This document shows, one piece after another, positions 1-23,430 of a stretch of DNA of 64,000 nucleotides. A program made the translations under genes and the position numbers. Position 1 is the stretch's first letter. Every line of letters starts with the position of its first letter. The stretch lies in the NCBI RefSeq assembly GCF_009914755.1, contig NC_060926.1. The stretch is one strand, 5' to 3'. The DNA comes from the human T2T-CHM13v2.0 reference genome, Homo sapiens. The notes under the pieces are model-generated. The model was not told where the DNA came from and did not search any database. It saw only the letters and a program-made list of their open reading frames with translations.

Positions 1-255
1 GCCAAGGCTGACAACTGCCGGGTCAGCAGCACTGTGGGCAGCCTAGGAATTCTGCATTTAACAAGCTCCTGGCAAATACTTGGGCATGTGAGTGTTTGAG
101 AATCACAGACCTAGTACCCTCAGCATCTGTGGGCACCCTGGTTCATGGTCTTTTCTGGAAAACTCCATTCTAGGTAATTTCCCAAAAGCCTCTAACTACA
201 GTGGCCATGGATGACCTCATTTGAGGGGAAATCTACTCTTGTTTACACTCTGTCA

Positions 256-637
<382 letters not shown>

Positions 638-702
638 TCATACTCTGGTTGTTGTAACATGGACAATTACAGAATCATCATTTCCATTTTTCATCTTGCT
701 GA

Positions 703-1039
<337 letters not shown>

Positions 1040-1388
1040 AAGAATCAAGAATTCTTTAAGAAGAGACAGTCTTTGAATGGGAAGCTGGCCTCCAGCCACA
1101 AATGCTACTTACTACAAAAACCCACGAGGTTACTTATTTGAAAGCCTCAGACAATGCCTGTGGAAAGAGGAAGAAAAGCCACATTCACAAGGATAAATAG
1201 GGCAGAGTAGAAGCCCTATCCACTGGTTCTCAATGTTGAAGGCTCATTAGATTCATCCACGCTAAAAAAAAAAAACAAAAAACCAACCCACCAGCACTCC
1301 ACCCACAAAGATTCTGATTAAACTGGTTTGGGTTTGTGCCTGAATACTGGGATTTTCTTTTCTTTTTAAATTTTTATAAAGGGGAAAG

Positions 1389-2231
<843 letters not shown>

Positions 2232-4547
2232 CTAGTTAGTGCTATTTGCATGAAGCATTTCCAGGTGACTTTCAACTTCCCTATATTCAAACGTCCTGCC
2301 ATCCGCTCTTTTGCATAATAAAAGTACATATGCCACACTGAATATTGTTCTGTGTAAAGCTGATGGTGCTGTTCACATCAGAAATTGCAGCACTGAAGAA
2401 CAGAGTTCATGCAGACTTTTACAACATGCATCAGCTACAGTGAGTATTCTTGCATGCTTTTGGCCAATGCAAGCTCTCATGGCACGCTGTACTGTAAGCT
2501 CCGGGTCGGTGTGCACTTCTGTTTTGTTCCTGCATTTCAAGCCATGCGAATTGACATGTTTTCTTCCCCAAGGCATTTGTTTGTTGATGGTACCAGCTGT
2601 CAAAAACCAAGCAAGTGGCAGTGCTAGAGGTGCCACAAAAGTGCGAAGGAAGTGTCAGGCTGGATGTCAAAATGAACACCTTGGAGAACTGGATGATGGA
2701 ACAGACGGTAAAAATCAGCTAAACATCAGAGAAAATGGAGGAAGAGGTCAAAACTGTGAACAGGAACTAGAAGAAAGTGTAGCAGAAAAAGACTTGTCAC
2801 AAACTTCGAGAGATTTGGAGAAAATGATGTCAAAACACATCTTCCTCAAGCCCATGCTGAGTATCTCTGATTTGGTTAATTTCTTGGTAAGTGTTCCAAG
2901 TACAGACAACAAAGCAGAAAAGCACTGATTACAGGGAAGAATTAAAGAATGTACAGAATTTCTGGGACGGATAGGGAAACAGGTGGGTGGCTAATAGCCA
3001 GGAACAATGTAGTTAAGAGTGCTGAGTTTCCGCAGCAGGTGCTTGCCCACACCTGTGACATTAGGAACCGGGCAGTGGAGCCTCCCTCAGAGCTACCCCA
3101 ATCAGATCTCCCAGCAAGCTCTACCCCATACGGCCCATGCCCACCTTCCCAGCTGCAGCTTCTGAGTTTCACACAGGTGCTCTGCTTGGCAGACCTGCAA
3201 GGAAGTCTGAAAAAGCAGTTTGTGGTTTTCCGTCTGTGCAGCTCAGGAAGGTACACCTGATGGGAGTTAGCTGGGCTTTGGCTAGCCAACCTGCAGGGTC
3301 TGGAACTGCTTCTGTTTGCAGGACGCATCCCCCTATTCCAGACAAGCTCTGGATTCCCCTAAGTGCCTATTACATGACAAAGGCAGGCTTTGTGAATGAG
3401 CGAATACATCAAACCCTCTCATAGTGCTGCTGCCTACCAGCCAGTGGGTCTGTTTCTGTGCTGCCACCAACTTTGTTGAGCAATATTTGTCTTACAGCTA
3501 TTTTGAGTATTTTATTGCACTGCCTTTGTTCTTTTATTCCACCCCTCTTCCTCTCTCTCTAAGTGAAAGAAGTGAAGTAACGATATTTGTGATAAGAAGT
3601 GTAGTCTCATACATTTTATGAAACTGAAACAATTAAAATTACCAGTAGTATCCGAAGCAGCCTATCTATATCCTCAATGAGACCTCAGTGGGAAAAAAGA
3701 TCTACTGCCTCTTCACCTGTAAATAACACGTGAAACTGCTAAGACCGTGTTATTGAAGAATGTGGCTAGTGGGCAGAGTGCCATTTGGAATTTTATAGTC
3801 GTCATTATCTTTCTGGGAGTGGAACCTCCCTTATAACGTGGAAGGCTATTTTCAACTTTTGCACTTTTTTACTTGGATGCCTTTTCCAGACTCTGTTAAC
3901 GTTTGGAATTGGGTTTCACTCTACAGAGAAAGAGAAGCAGGAGGACAGGTGTAGAGGGGAGGAGAGGGAGGACCGTGGGTCGCAGATTGGGCCTATTCCC
4001 CTGCACTCACCACTTTGTCTGTCACTGCCAGCCCGCTCCCCCCTTTTCAGATACCAACACCAGGCCAGGGGTGACAGCCCAGGAAGGTGGCATCCACAGC
4101 CCTCAGCCCTCTGTCCTTGTCATTCACTCCTACCAGTCCTCAGCCCTCTTATCTGTCTGGGAGTGAGATGAAGGGCAGCTGGAAGCGGGAGGAAAGGTCC
4201 TCTCCTCTCCACTACAGTGACAAGAGGTTTGGAGGAGCTTCTGGGTGAGGCTTAGGGGGTGACCCTCCTGTGCAGAGCGGCATGGGCTACAAAAGAGTGG
4301 ATGTTTGTCCTGTGTGTGGGTCCCTCCTGGGGGCTAAAATGAAATCTCCTTTCATTTTCTGATATCATGTGATCTCTGACTTACAAACCTACTTTCCTGT
4401 GCCATTTCTGTCTAAGACAACAGTCGCTTCTAACAGAGCCAGAGTCCTACATTACTGAGGAAACCACCACCATATCCCATGCATGAAAGGGCCGGCCTGT
4501 TGTGAATAACAAACTAGTGGCCTTAGAGCTACATTTAAAGACAGAAA

Positions 4548-4608
4548 GGTTGGGGGGATGGGGGGTGGGGGTGGGGGTGGGGGGAGTGGGGAGAGAGAGA
4601 GAGAGAGA
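4548..4608 (+). repeat. G-rich (GGGGGT)n run followed by (GA)n
   Basis: Six G4-G6 tracts with 1-3 nt loops. Confidence 0.85.
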
Positions 4609-8500
<3,892 letters not shown>

Positions 8501-9159
8501 TTGAAAACCATTTTTAAAAGCTGTCTAATACGTGGGGGGAGAAAACTGTATAGATTAACAATATAAATGATAACTTGGAATAAATGAGAAATCAAAGCAG
8601 GCATATCACGAAACTCATTTTGGGGTTGTAAATTCTTTGGGCACAAAACCATACTCCATCTTTGTCCATTTGTTGCTGTTCTTTCTTTTATGTGTATGGT
8701 GTTTTATAGCAGAATCTCTTTCTGCCTGCCATCTACTGCGGCTGGTCCCTACCCTGGGGTGGGTGGAACAGGTTCTAGAGAAAGGGAAATGACTGGGGGG
8801 CTGGGATGGCACCCCAGAAGGCATCTGCCCCAGGCCTTAAAATTCTCTGGATTCTAGTTATTCACATGCTTCTTTTCTCCATTCTTGTAGGCTGCTAGCA
8901 AGTTTAGGCAGGCCCTACCTAGCATACCCATCCCTGTGTGCTCCCCCAACCTCAACCTAGCTAATGAACCAGGTAAGCGTCTGACTCAAAGGAAGCCAAT
9001 TAAACTTCTGTTGGAATTTGCCTTTTAGACCCAGAGATGCTGGGTGGCCTCTGGCCGCTGACCTCCTGATTGCCATCCCTCCCCCATCACCACAACTCAA
9101 TAATCAAACCAGCAACTGAGGAGTTACTCTACACTCTTCTTTACCTCCCAACCACCCCG

Positions 9160-15795
<6,636 letters not shown>

Positions 15796-15840
15796 AGGCA
15801 GGAGGGTAAGGTCCCAGCCAAGTTCTTTCCTCTACACTGC

Positions 15841-16402
15841 TGTTAGAAATGCTTGTTCCCCAGTGCCACGAAGAAACAGCACTCAAACATAAATTTAATT
15901 TTCTCAGCAAGGCAATTTTTACTTCTATAGAAGAGTGTAACTCGCGAATGGAGTAATGGCAACAGCACACCTGGACAGGGAAGGGCAAGGAGTTCTTATT
16001 CCTGAGGCAGGTAGCCCCTACTGCTGTGTTGTTTCCCTATTGGCTAGGGTTGGACCGCACAGTCTAAGCTAATTCCAACTGGCTATTTTAAAGAGAGCAA
16101 AGGTATGAGCCAGAGTGGCAGGGTGAGTAGTGTGGCAGGAAGGACGGTTAGGAACAGGTAACTAAAGGTGACTTAGGTCACAGCAGGTGACCAGGATGAG
16201 TCAGGATGGAGCAGGTGACCAGGGGAACAGATGTGAACTACTGATTAGGACTCGCGAGAAAGTTGTTTACTGAAACTAGAAGCAAAGGGGTGAAGAGAAC
16301 CAGGAAGTTAAACTTTAAAATGGAGAATCAAAGAATAAGAGAACTGAACATACTGACATACTGATTCTTTGAAGAGAAACTTGGGGTCTACTATATTTAA
16401 CA
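15841..16402 (-). mobile_element. 3' LTR of class I ERV, LTR10 family (LTR10F/A-like)
   Basis: On - strand it starts TGTTAAATATAG and ends TTTCTAACA. It is preceded by a polypurine tract (AAGAAGGGGGAT, about 16403-16414) directly after the env stop. Contains CCAAT, ATTAAA and an AP-1 repeat. Family assigned from recalled consensus. Confidence 0.8.
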
Positions 16403-16420
16403 ATCCCCCTTCTTGAATTT

Positions 16421-18360
16421 TTATAGTTCTTTCTCTTCAAACTTCCTTAACATGTCTTGGCTTAGCTGTTCTGTTTGATTCTCTAAAAGAAAAAGCTTCT
16501 CTGAATAAGGTGGAGGAGAATTAAGGGAGGTTTTAGTAAGTGCTGCCTGTATGAGTTTGTACACCAGCCCACAGATGCATGGTATGACACAACACCCAAC
16601 AAGAATGAGTACACCTACTACGGCTGCGAGAGAAGTAAGAATCGAGGCTATGATTCCTTTCCATTTACCAAACCATTTTTCTAGCCACCTTGTAAAGGGA
16701 TCATTTACCCCTGGGTTTTTGGCTAACTCACTAGACAGAGCGGTTAGACCTTGCAATGCCTTTGTTATACGTCCATCAGGGGCGGTGGTGTTTGGGATGA
16801 AGGTACAACCTTGAGTTTTAATCATGACGCAAACTCCTCTTTCTGCTAATACCATGTCTAAGGCTCTTCTATTTTCCCAAGCCATCTGGCTAGTAGCCCC
16901 TAATCGCTCACCTATTCCTTTAACAGCATCTCTAATGTAGTTAATAAACCGCTGTTGGTTGTAATAAATGTAATTTACCTAATCTATGTTCTTATTAATT
17001 GTCACCCATCAAAATATTGACTTAAATTCTGCAGCTATTTGATCTCGGGCTTTAAATTCATCTGGTACTCCTCGTGGAGGTCTAATAGCATTTATATAAA
17101 CATGGGAGTCAAAGGACCCATGTGAGGCACTTCTTTTTTTTACGCTTTTCTCTTTTTTTTTTTCTTCGTGTTGACGGAATGCTAGGGTAAAAGGGATGGC
17201 CAGTTGGACTAGGGCACAAGTGCTGCTCTAATTACTTGGCAGAGCAGAGTACCCAGCAATAGTTCCTTGCAATACCACCACACATCTGCTTGGAGATGAA
17301 CAAGGGCAGACTGATTGGTAAGCTCTTGAAAAGGCTTGGTTTCACTGCACCCTGTTAAGTCTTCAAGGAATGCTAACTCCCCCCCCACCCCCCGCAGAGA
17401 AAGGCACGAGGTGAAGTTAACATCAGGGGCTGGTGGCAGCATGGCCCTCGGGGGCTGACCCACAGGGCTCTTAACCTCAGTGAACCGCAGAGAAAGAGTC
17501 TTGCATGACTCATCGCCCCAGGCTGTGGGGTTGTGGAAGAGAGCTACCATACAGCTCATGCCCAGTCCATGAGAGGACCACCCAACTGGAAAGCGGACAA
17601 GCTGGGTCTCTGGCCTGCCTGTCGCATAAGAGTTAACAGTCGCTTTTGTTAAGCGTGCGAACAGAATATTTAATCCATTCCAGCCAAGCATTTGCGTCCT
17701 GATACTCTGTTTCAGTTGCTACAGTTTGTTTTAAATCTTTAACCTCTACAACTACTTTGGTTTCATCATTGGGTAGATAACAAGAGGTTTGGTTAGCAGA
17801 GAAGTTAGGAGAGGGAGAAGGGGGTGCAGGAGGTGACAAGGCAATGAAGTGCATTTCAAAGGATCCTGAGACTTCTGCTCCTATGCCATAGAAGAACTCT
17901 GGGGAGCAGGGATGGTCATCTGTCCTCAGTTACATTGGTCTAGCTGACAATGGGGAGGGGTAACTCCTTTAGTAAAATGAATATATGGTTTTAAGAAACT
18001 GCAAGTACTAGTTGGGGCAGCCGATCCTTGCTCTTTAATATTTTATAGAGCATTGGACCAACTTTGGCAGAGAAGCTCTGCTCTAGGAGGACAAGATTTC
18101 CAGTTTATACTGGAATCTTCGTCAAACTCTTCTCAAACTAATTTATCCCAGTTAACAGATTTTTAGTCTGCAGAGCGCTAGGAAGGATAAAGATACTTTC
18201 CTGAAGTGGAGAGTTGCCTCTGACTTGGCAAGTCTCCATAGGGTATAACAAGGCAAGCATCAAATGTAATAGTTTGAGGCAAAATTGACTTGGTTACATT
18301 AATAACTAGGTGGTCAGCAATAGAGCGAGGAAAGAAGTCATAATCAAATGGATGAAAGAG
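16421..18360 (-). pseudogene. Disrupted ERV env (HERV-I/HERVIP10-like)
   Basis: ORF pieces give GVPDEFKARDQIAA, YIYYNQQRFINY, ISD-like WENRRALDMVLAERG, a degenerate CX6CC and a TM anchor. In-frame stops at 16979-16981 and 17009-17011, plus frameshifts. Confidence 0.9.
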
Positions 18361-18362
18361 AG

Positions 18363-18557
18363 TTAAATTTTTCTTAGCTTTAGTTTGGTAGGGTTTTCCC
18401 CTGGGACCGTGGCCCATGACTCTGGAGGGGGTGGCACTTTCCTGACTCGGGTGTGATGGGTCAATCCTTTTTCTGCTGTCCAGACTGCAGTTTCAGTAGT
18501 TAGGATCACTAGGTAAGGTCCTTCCCAGGCCGGTTCGAGCTTTTACTTCTCTCCAAC
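18363..18557 (-). pseudogene. ERV pol 3' end (integrase C-terminal GPY/F region)
   Basis: Minus-strand translation KLEPAWEGPYLVILTTETAVWTAEKGLTHHTRVRKVPPPPESWATVPGENPTKLKLRKI*. Confidence 0.85.
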
Positions 18558-18558
18558 T

Positions 18559-18603
18559 CGAGAGCTACTTCTTTGCAGCACCAGGGAACAAGCGTTTCTA
18601 ACA
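18559..18603 (+). mobile_element. 45-bp inverted copy of the LTR10 U5 terminus
   Basis: Reverse complement aligns without gaps to 15841-15885 at 35/45 positions. Ends TTTCTAACA and is followed by CTGC. Confidence 0.85.
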
Positions 18604-19469
18604 CTGCCCCCTTATAAAAGCCTCAAAATGCCTGTACAAGTCCATGACTTAGGGGTCTTAGGGGCTCCTTTGTGGAAGTTTCTCTGTTTGTTACCACCCC
18701 GCAGGCAAATAAACAGATTGGACGGAGCTTGGCCCCAAGGGCATCCAAGCTATTGGCCAATCCAGACCTTCTGACGTAGCCTAGAGTGAAAATCCAGACC
18801 AACAAGAACACCCTCTATTAAACAGTGACCAGCCAAACCATCAGATCATCTCTCTTGGGGCTTTAAAGAGACACAGACAGAGGGGGTTGTTATTGGCAGG
18901 AGGGTAAAAACGGAGACAGGAAGAGTCAGTAGTTGAGCTACCCTAATGAGTCTCCAGGCAAGTAAACTAGGTCATCAGGAACTCTGCTGATCTGATTCTC
19001 TCCTAAGCAGGGGAGCTTTCTGGGCAGTTGGGAGTAGAGGAGTAGAACAAAGTATAGCAGATGTTTCTCTTCTTTTCACTTTCTCCCCCCTCTTTTCCTT
19101 TTTCTTTTCTTACCAACCGCCCCCCCCCACCTTTTTTTTTCTTTTCTTTTTTTTTTTTCATCTACTCAGTGTCTGAATACCTCCCTATTTGAGAGACAGG
19201 GCCACAATTCCCACTGTGGAAGCTGAGAGGGTCAGGTACTTTCTGGCCTCACACCTTGGAAGCTGGAGCTTGGGCACATGATCCTGCTAGTGAACCAGAG
19301 ACTCAGAATCAATTGAGAAATAACTTACTGCTGCAGCATCAAATGTTAGCATGACAGCACGTAGTATGCAGTGGCCATGGTGCCAACAGCAGTGTGTTCA
19401 CCTGTCAGCACATAAAACTGCAAATCTACAGAAAAGTTGAAAGATTACAATGGATATAACCTTTACCTA

Positions 19470-20013
19470 GTGAATTAGTTATCTATTGCTGCAAAACAAA
19501 TTACTCTAAAACATAGCTTCATGGGAAAAAACATTTATCATGCCAGTTGCCATGGGTCAGGAGTGCAGGCACTGCTTACCTGACTCTTCTGGCTTGGGGT
19601 CTGTCACAAGCTACAAATCAAAGTGTCAAGTGGGCTGCAGTCTCACATGAAGGCTTCACTGGGGAAGGATCTGCTTCCAAGCTCATTCATATGGTTGTCA
19701 GCAGGATTCAGTTCCTCATAGGCTATTGGACTGAGGGTCTCAGTTCTTCACTGGCTGTTTTCTGGAGGCCTCCCTCAGTTCCTCACATGTGAGCCTCTTC
19801 CCCATGGGGCAGCTCACAACATGGCAGCCCATCTCCATCTGAGCAATTGAAGGAGAGAGAATTCAATTATGGAAGGAACCTCCCACATGCTGTTTGCTAG
19901 AAGCCAGTCTCTAAACCCAGCCCTTACTCAAGGGAAAAGGATTACACAAGGTGTGAATTCCAGGAGGGAAGGTCAGAATTCACTGAGTGCCAACTTAGAG
20001 TCTGCCAACTACA
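19470..20013. mobile_element. MLT1-type MaLR LTR
   Basis: Typical ends (tgaattagttatctattgctgc...gtctgccaactaca) and internal gggtcagga/ggctgcagtc motifs. Confidence 0.65.
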
Positions 20014-20127
20014 GATTCATCAATTACTAACATTTTATCACATTTGCACGTGCTCCCCCTTAGATAGATAGCTACAAATACAGATATACAGTTTTGTTTG
20101 TTAAACAACCAAAATTAAGTTAAAGAT

Positions 20128-20470
20128 TGATATGGTTTGGCTGTGTCCCCACCGAAATCTCATCTTGAATTCCCACAAGTTGTGGGAAGAACCTGTGGGA
20201 GGTAATTGAATCATGGGGGCAGGTTTTTCCCATGCTGTTCTTGTGGTAGTGAATACGTCTCACAAGATCTGACGGTTTTAAAGAGGGGAGTTTCCCTGCA
20301 CAAGTTCTCTCCTCTTGTCTGCTGCCATGTGAGACGTGCCTTTCACCTTCCACCATGATTGTGAGGCCTCCCCAGCCACGTGGAACTGTAAGTCCATTAA
20401 ACTTCTTTCTTTTGTAAATTACCCAGTCTCAGGTATGTCTTTATCAGCAGTGTGAAAACAGACTAATACA
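20128..20470 (+). mobile_element. THE1 (MaLR) solo LTR
   Basis: TGATATGGTTTGGCTGTGTCCCCAC...GACTAATACA with a perfect 5-bp TSD AAGAT (20123-20127 and 20471-20475). Confidence 0.92.
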
Positions 20471-20475
20471 AAGAT

Positions 20476-21790
20476 ATTATAACATTTCACCTCTAATTAC
20501 TGCAGCATGTATCTCCTAAGAATAAAAATATTTTTCCACACAACCACAATGCCATCACCGCCCCTCAAATTTAACAATTGTGCTATAATATCATCTAATA
20601 TCAGCCCAAATTCAACTCTCTCCAGTTATCCCCCAAATACCTTTTATAGCTCTTTTTTTTCCTGCTCCACTATCCACTCAAGTTTCCTGTATTGTTTTTG
20701 GTTATTATCTATTTAGTCTCTTTTAATCTAGAACCATTCCTTCCAATACCATTTATTACTGGGTATTTTTTTCCATACTGTTGACATTTTTGAAGAGTTC
20801 AGGCCAATTGTTTTGTACAACTGTTGCCCACACAACAGGTGGGCTAGGTCACTTGGTAAGTAACAACCAATGGCCACAACCAAGGAGGATTTAACAAGAG
20901 GATTTTATTACTTACAACTAGTAAAAAGAACACTGGGTATAGACAGCTCCCAAAGCAATGCCTCCCTGAGCTCCAGGCTGTGTCAGGTTTTATAAGCATA
21001 GGGTAATGAGGCATGATCTGACTGGATCTTGCAATGAGGTAATGCCAAGAGGCATGATCTCACTGGATCCTGCTAATGAGTGATGCCAGAGCTCAATCTG
21101 ATTGCATCGTAGATCCAGCCATGCAGTGTCAACTTCCTAATTCAGTCCCTGCTCCTCTGAGCACTTAGGTTCCCCCCTGTGGCTACACACTTGGTTCACC
21201 TGGGCCTGCTCAGGTTACATGACCTGAGGCTCCATTAGCAACTGAAAAACAACTCATAACTTTTGTTACATAAAAGTTGAACCAAACTGGTCTGGTGCAG
21301 CTACATAATATCCCATATTCTGGAGATGATTACTTCCTAATGGTGTTCATCTTATACCAGTATCTACTGTATTTCCTGTAAGCAGGAAGTTAGGTTAAAT
21401 ATTTTTGGAAAGAATTCTACTTAGGAGGCACATGTCTGGTAGTCCCATTATTGGTGATGTTTGATCACTTGGTTATGGTGGTAATTGTTTGATCTTTCCA
21501 TTATAAATGCATAATTTCCCTTTTGTAATTAGTAAATAATCAGTGGGGCAATACTTGGGAGTCTGTGTGAATACCTTGTTCCCAGAAACTTTTTTCCCAA
21601 TAGTTTTAGCATTCATTAGTAATCCTTATCTTGGTTAATTGGTTAATTATTACATTTGAGTTTCCAAAAGGGTAATTGTCTCATCTAACATTCCTCTTAC
21701 AGTTATCACTCTGTAAAGATGAGCTTTTCTTTTTCTCTCTTTGTTTTCTTATGTTTTGTTTGAGATTGACTATGGACCATGATTTTCAAA
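20476..21790 (-). mobile_element. Old L1 (L1MC/ME-type) 3' fragments interrupted by LTRs
   Basis: Degenerate L1M 3'UTR-like sequence resumes on both sides of the THE1 and solo-LTR insertions. Confidence 0.5.
20822..21305 (-). mobile_element. Solo LTR (LTR47/MER72-like; family uncertain)
   Basis: TG...CA ends; TATAAAA and AATAAA in LTR order on - strand; internal GGATCCAGT..GATCATGCCTC repeats. Confidence 0.6.
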
Positions 21791-22095
21791 AAATTATTAT
21801 ATTATAATCAATTATAATTATAGATTACAAATATTTATTTTACATTAACATTTAATACATTATATATTTATATATTATGTTAAACATATTTATTATATAG
21901 TACTATATATTAATATACTTGTTAATATATTTAATATATAAACATATTTTAAATATAATCATATATTAAGCATATATACTTAACTATATACCTAATTATG
22001 TTGAAGTTAATTATACATTTAAGTATATAATTATCTCAAATATACTTAAATACAATTATACTTAAAATGTAATTAAATCGTAATTAACATTATTT
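21790..22095. repeat. AT-rich low-complexity tract
   Basis: About 300 bp of degenerate TA/TAT/TAA sequence. Confidence 0.85.
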
Positions 22096-22479
22096 TTTAT
22101 TTGCAGATTGTCCCAAATTTGGCCAATGAAAAAGTCCTTCAAGGCCAGGTGTGGTAGCTCATGCCTATAATCCCAGCATTTTGGGAGGCTGAGGCAGATG
22201 GATCACCAGAGGTCAAGAGTTTGAGACCAGCCTGGCCAACATGGTGAAACCCTGTCTCTACTGGAAAAAAAAAAAAAAAATTAGCCGGGTGTGGTGGCAA
22301 GTACCTATAACTCAGCAGGCTGAGGCAGGAGAATCACTTGAACCTGGGAGGCAGAGGTTGCAGTCAGCTGAGATCATGCCACTGCACTCCAGCCTGGGAG
22401 AAAGAGCAAGACTCTGTTTCAAAAAAAAAAAAAGAAAAGAAAAAAAAAGTCCTTCAAGTTGACTTCTATATCTTTTTTT

Positions 22480-23430
22480 TAAAAAAAACAGCTTTATTGA
22501 GATCTAATTTTCCTACCATACAGTTCACCCATTTACAGTACACAGTTCTATGGTTTTAGTTTATTCAGAGTTGTGCAAGCATCATCACAGTCAATTTTAG
22601 AACAATCAAATTTAGTTCATTACCCCTAAAAGAAACTGTTACCCATTAGTGGTCACTTCCTATTCCCCTCAACTCTTGCAGCCCTAGGTAACTGCTAATC
22701 CACCGTCTCCATAGATTTGCCTATTCTGGATGTGTCATACGAATGGAATCATCTATGTGGTCTTCTGTGACTGGCTTCTTTCACTTGGCATGTTTTCATG
22801 GTTCACCCACATTGTATAAAAATGTCCGTCTACATTCTGTAGCATTGATTTTACTGCCATTTTAACATTCCATATTATGGATATACTGTATTTTACTTAC
22901 CCATTCATCAGTTGATGGGTATTTGGGTTGTTTCCACTTTTTGGCTCTTGTGAATAATGCTGCAATAACCAATCATGTACAAGTTTTTGTATGAACATAC
23001 GTTTTAATTTACCTTGCATACATATATAGGAGTGGAACTGCTGGGTCATATGGTAACTTTATGCTTAATCTTTTGAGAAACTTCCAGACTGCTTTCCAAA
23101 GGGGCTGTATTATTTGACATACTTTTTCTTTTTCCTTTCTTTTGAGACAAGGTCTCACCCTGTTGCTCAAGCTGGAGTGCAGTGGCACGATCACAGCTCA
23201 CTGCAACCTTGACCTGCTGGGCCCTAGCGATCCTACCATGTTAGCCTCCCAAAGAGTTGGAATTACAGGTGTGAGCCACTGTGCCCAGCCTCCATTTGAC
23301 ATTCTTACCAGCCATGTATGAGAGTTCCAGTTTCTCCACATCTTCATCAACACGTTACCTTTTTTATTATAGCCATCCTAGTGGCTATAATTGTGGTTTT
23401 GATTTGCATTTCACTGAGGCTAATGATACT
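22480..23430 (-). mobile_element. L1MB-type 3' end with inserted Alu monomer (about 23125-23291)
   Basis: cagctttattgagat...gatttgcctattctgga...ccattcatcagttgatgg...gatttgcatttc, characteristic of the antisense L1M 3' end. Confidence 0.8.

Noticed and set aside
16979-17011. Trp-to-stop changes as an APOBEC3 hypermutation signature
   Set aside because: Only two events, one outside the GG/GA context; insufficient without a consensus alignment.
15797-18907. 13-bp direct repeat GGCAGGAGGGTAA on either side of the ERV
   Set aside because: Not adjacent to the element ends and too long for a retroviral TSD; probably chance.
21000-21120. Short spaced repeats (GGCATGATCT..CTGGATC) superficially array-like
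   Set aside because: Internal tandem repeats of a solo LTR in eukaryotic DNA; not CRISPR.
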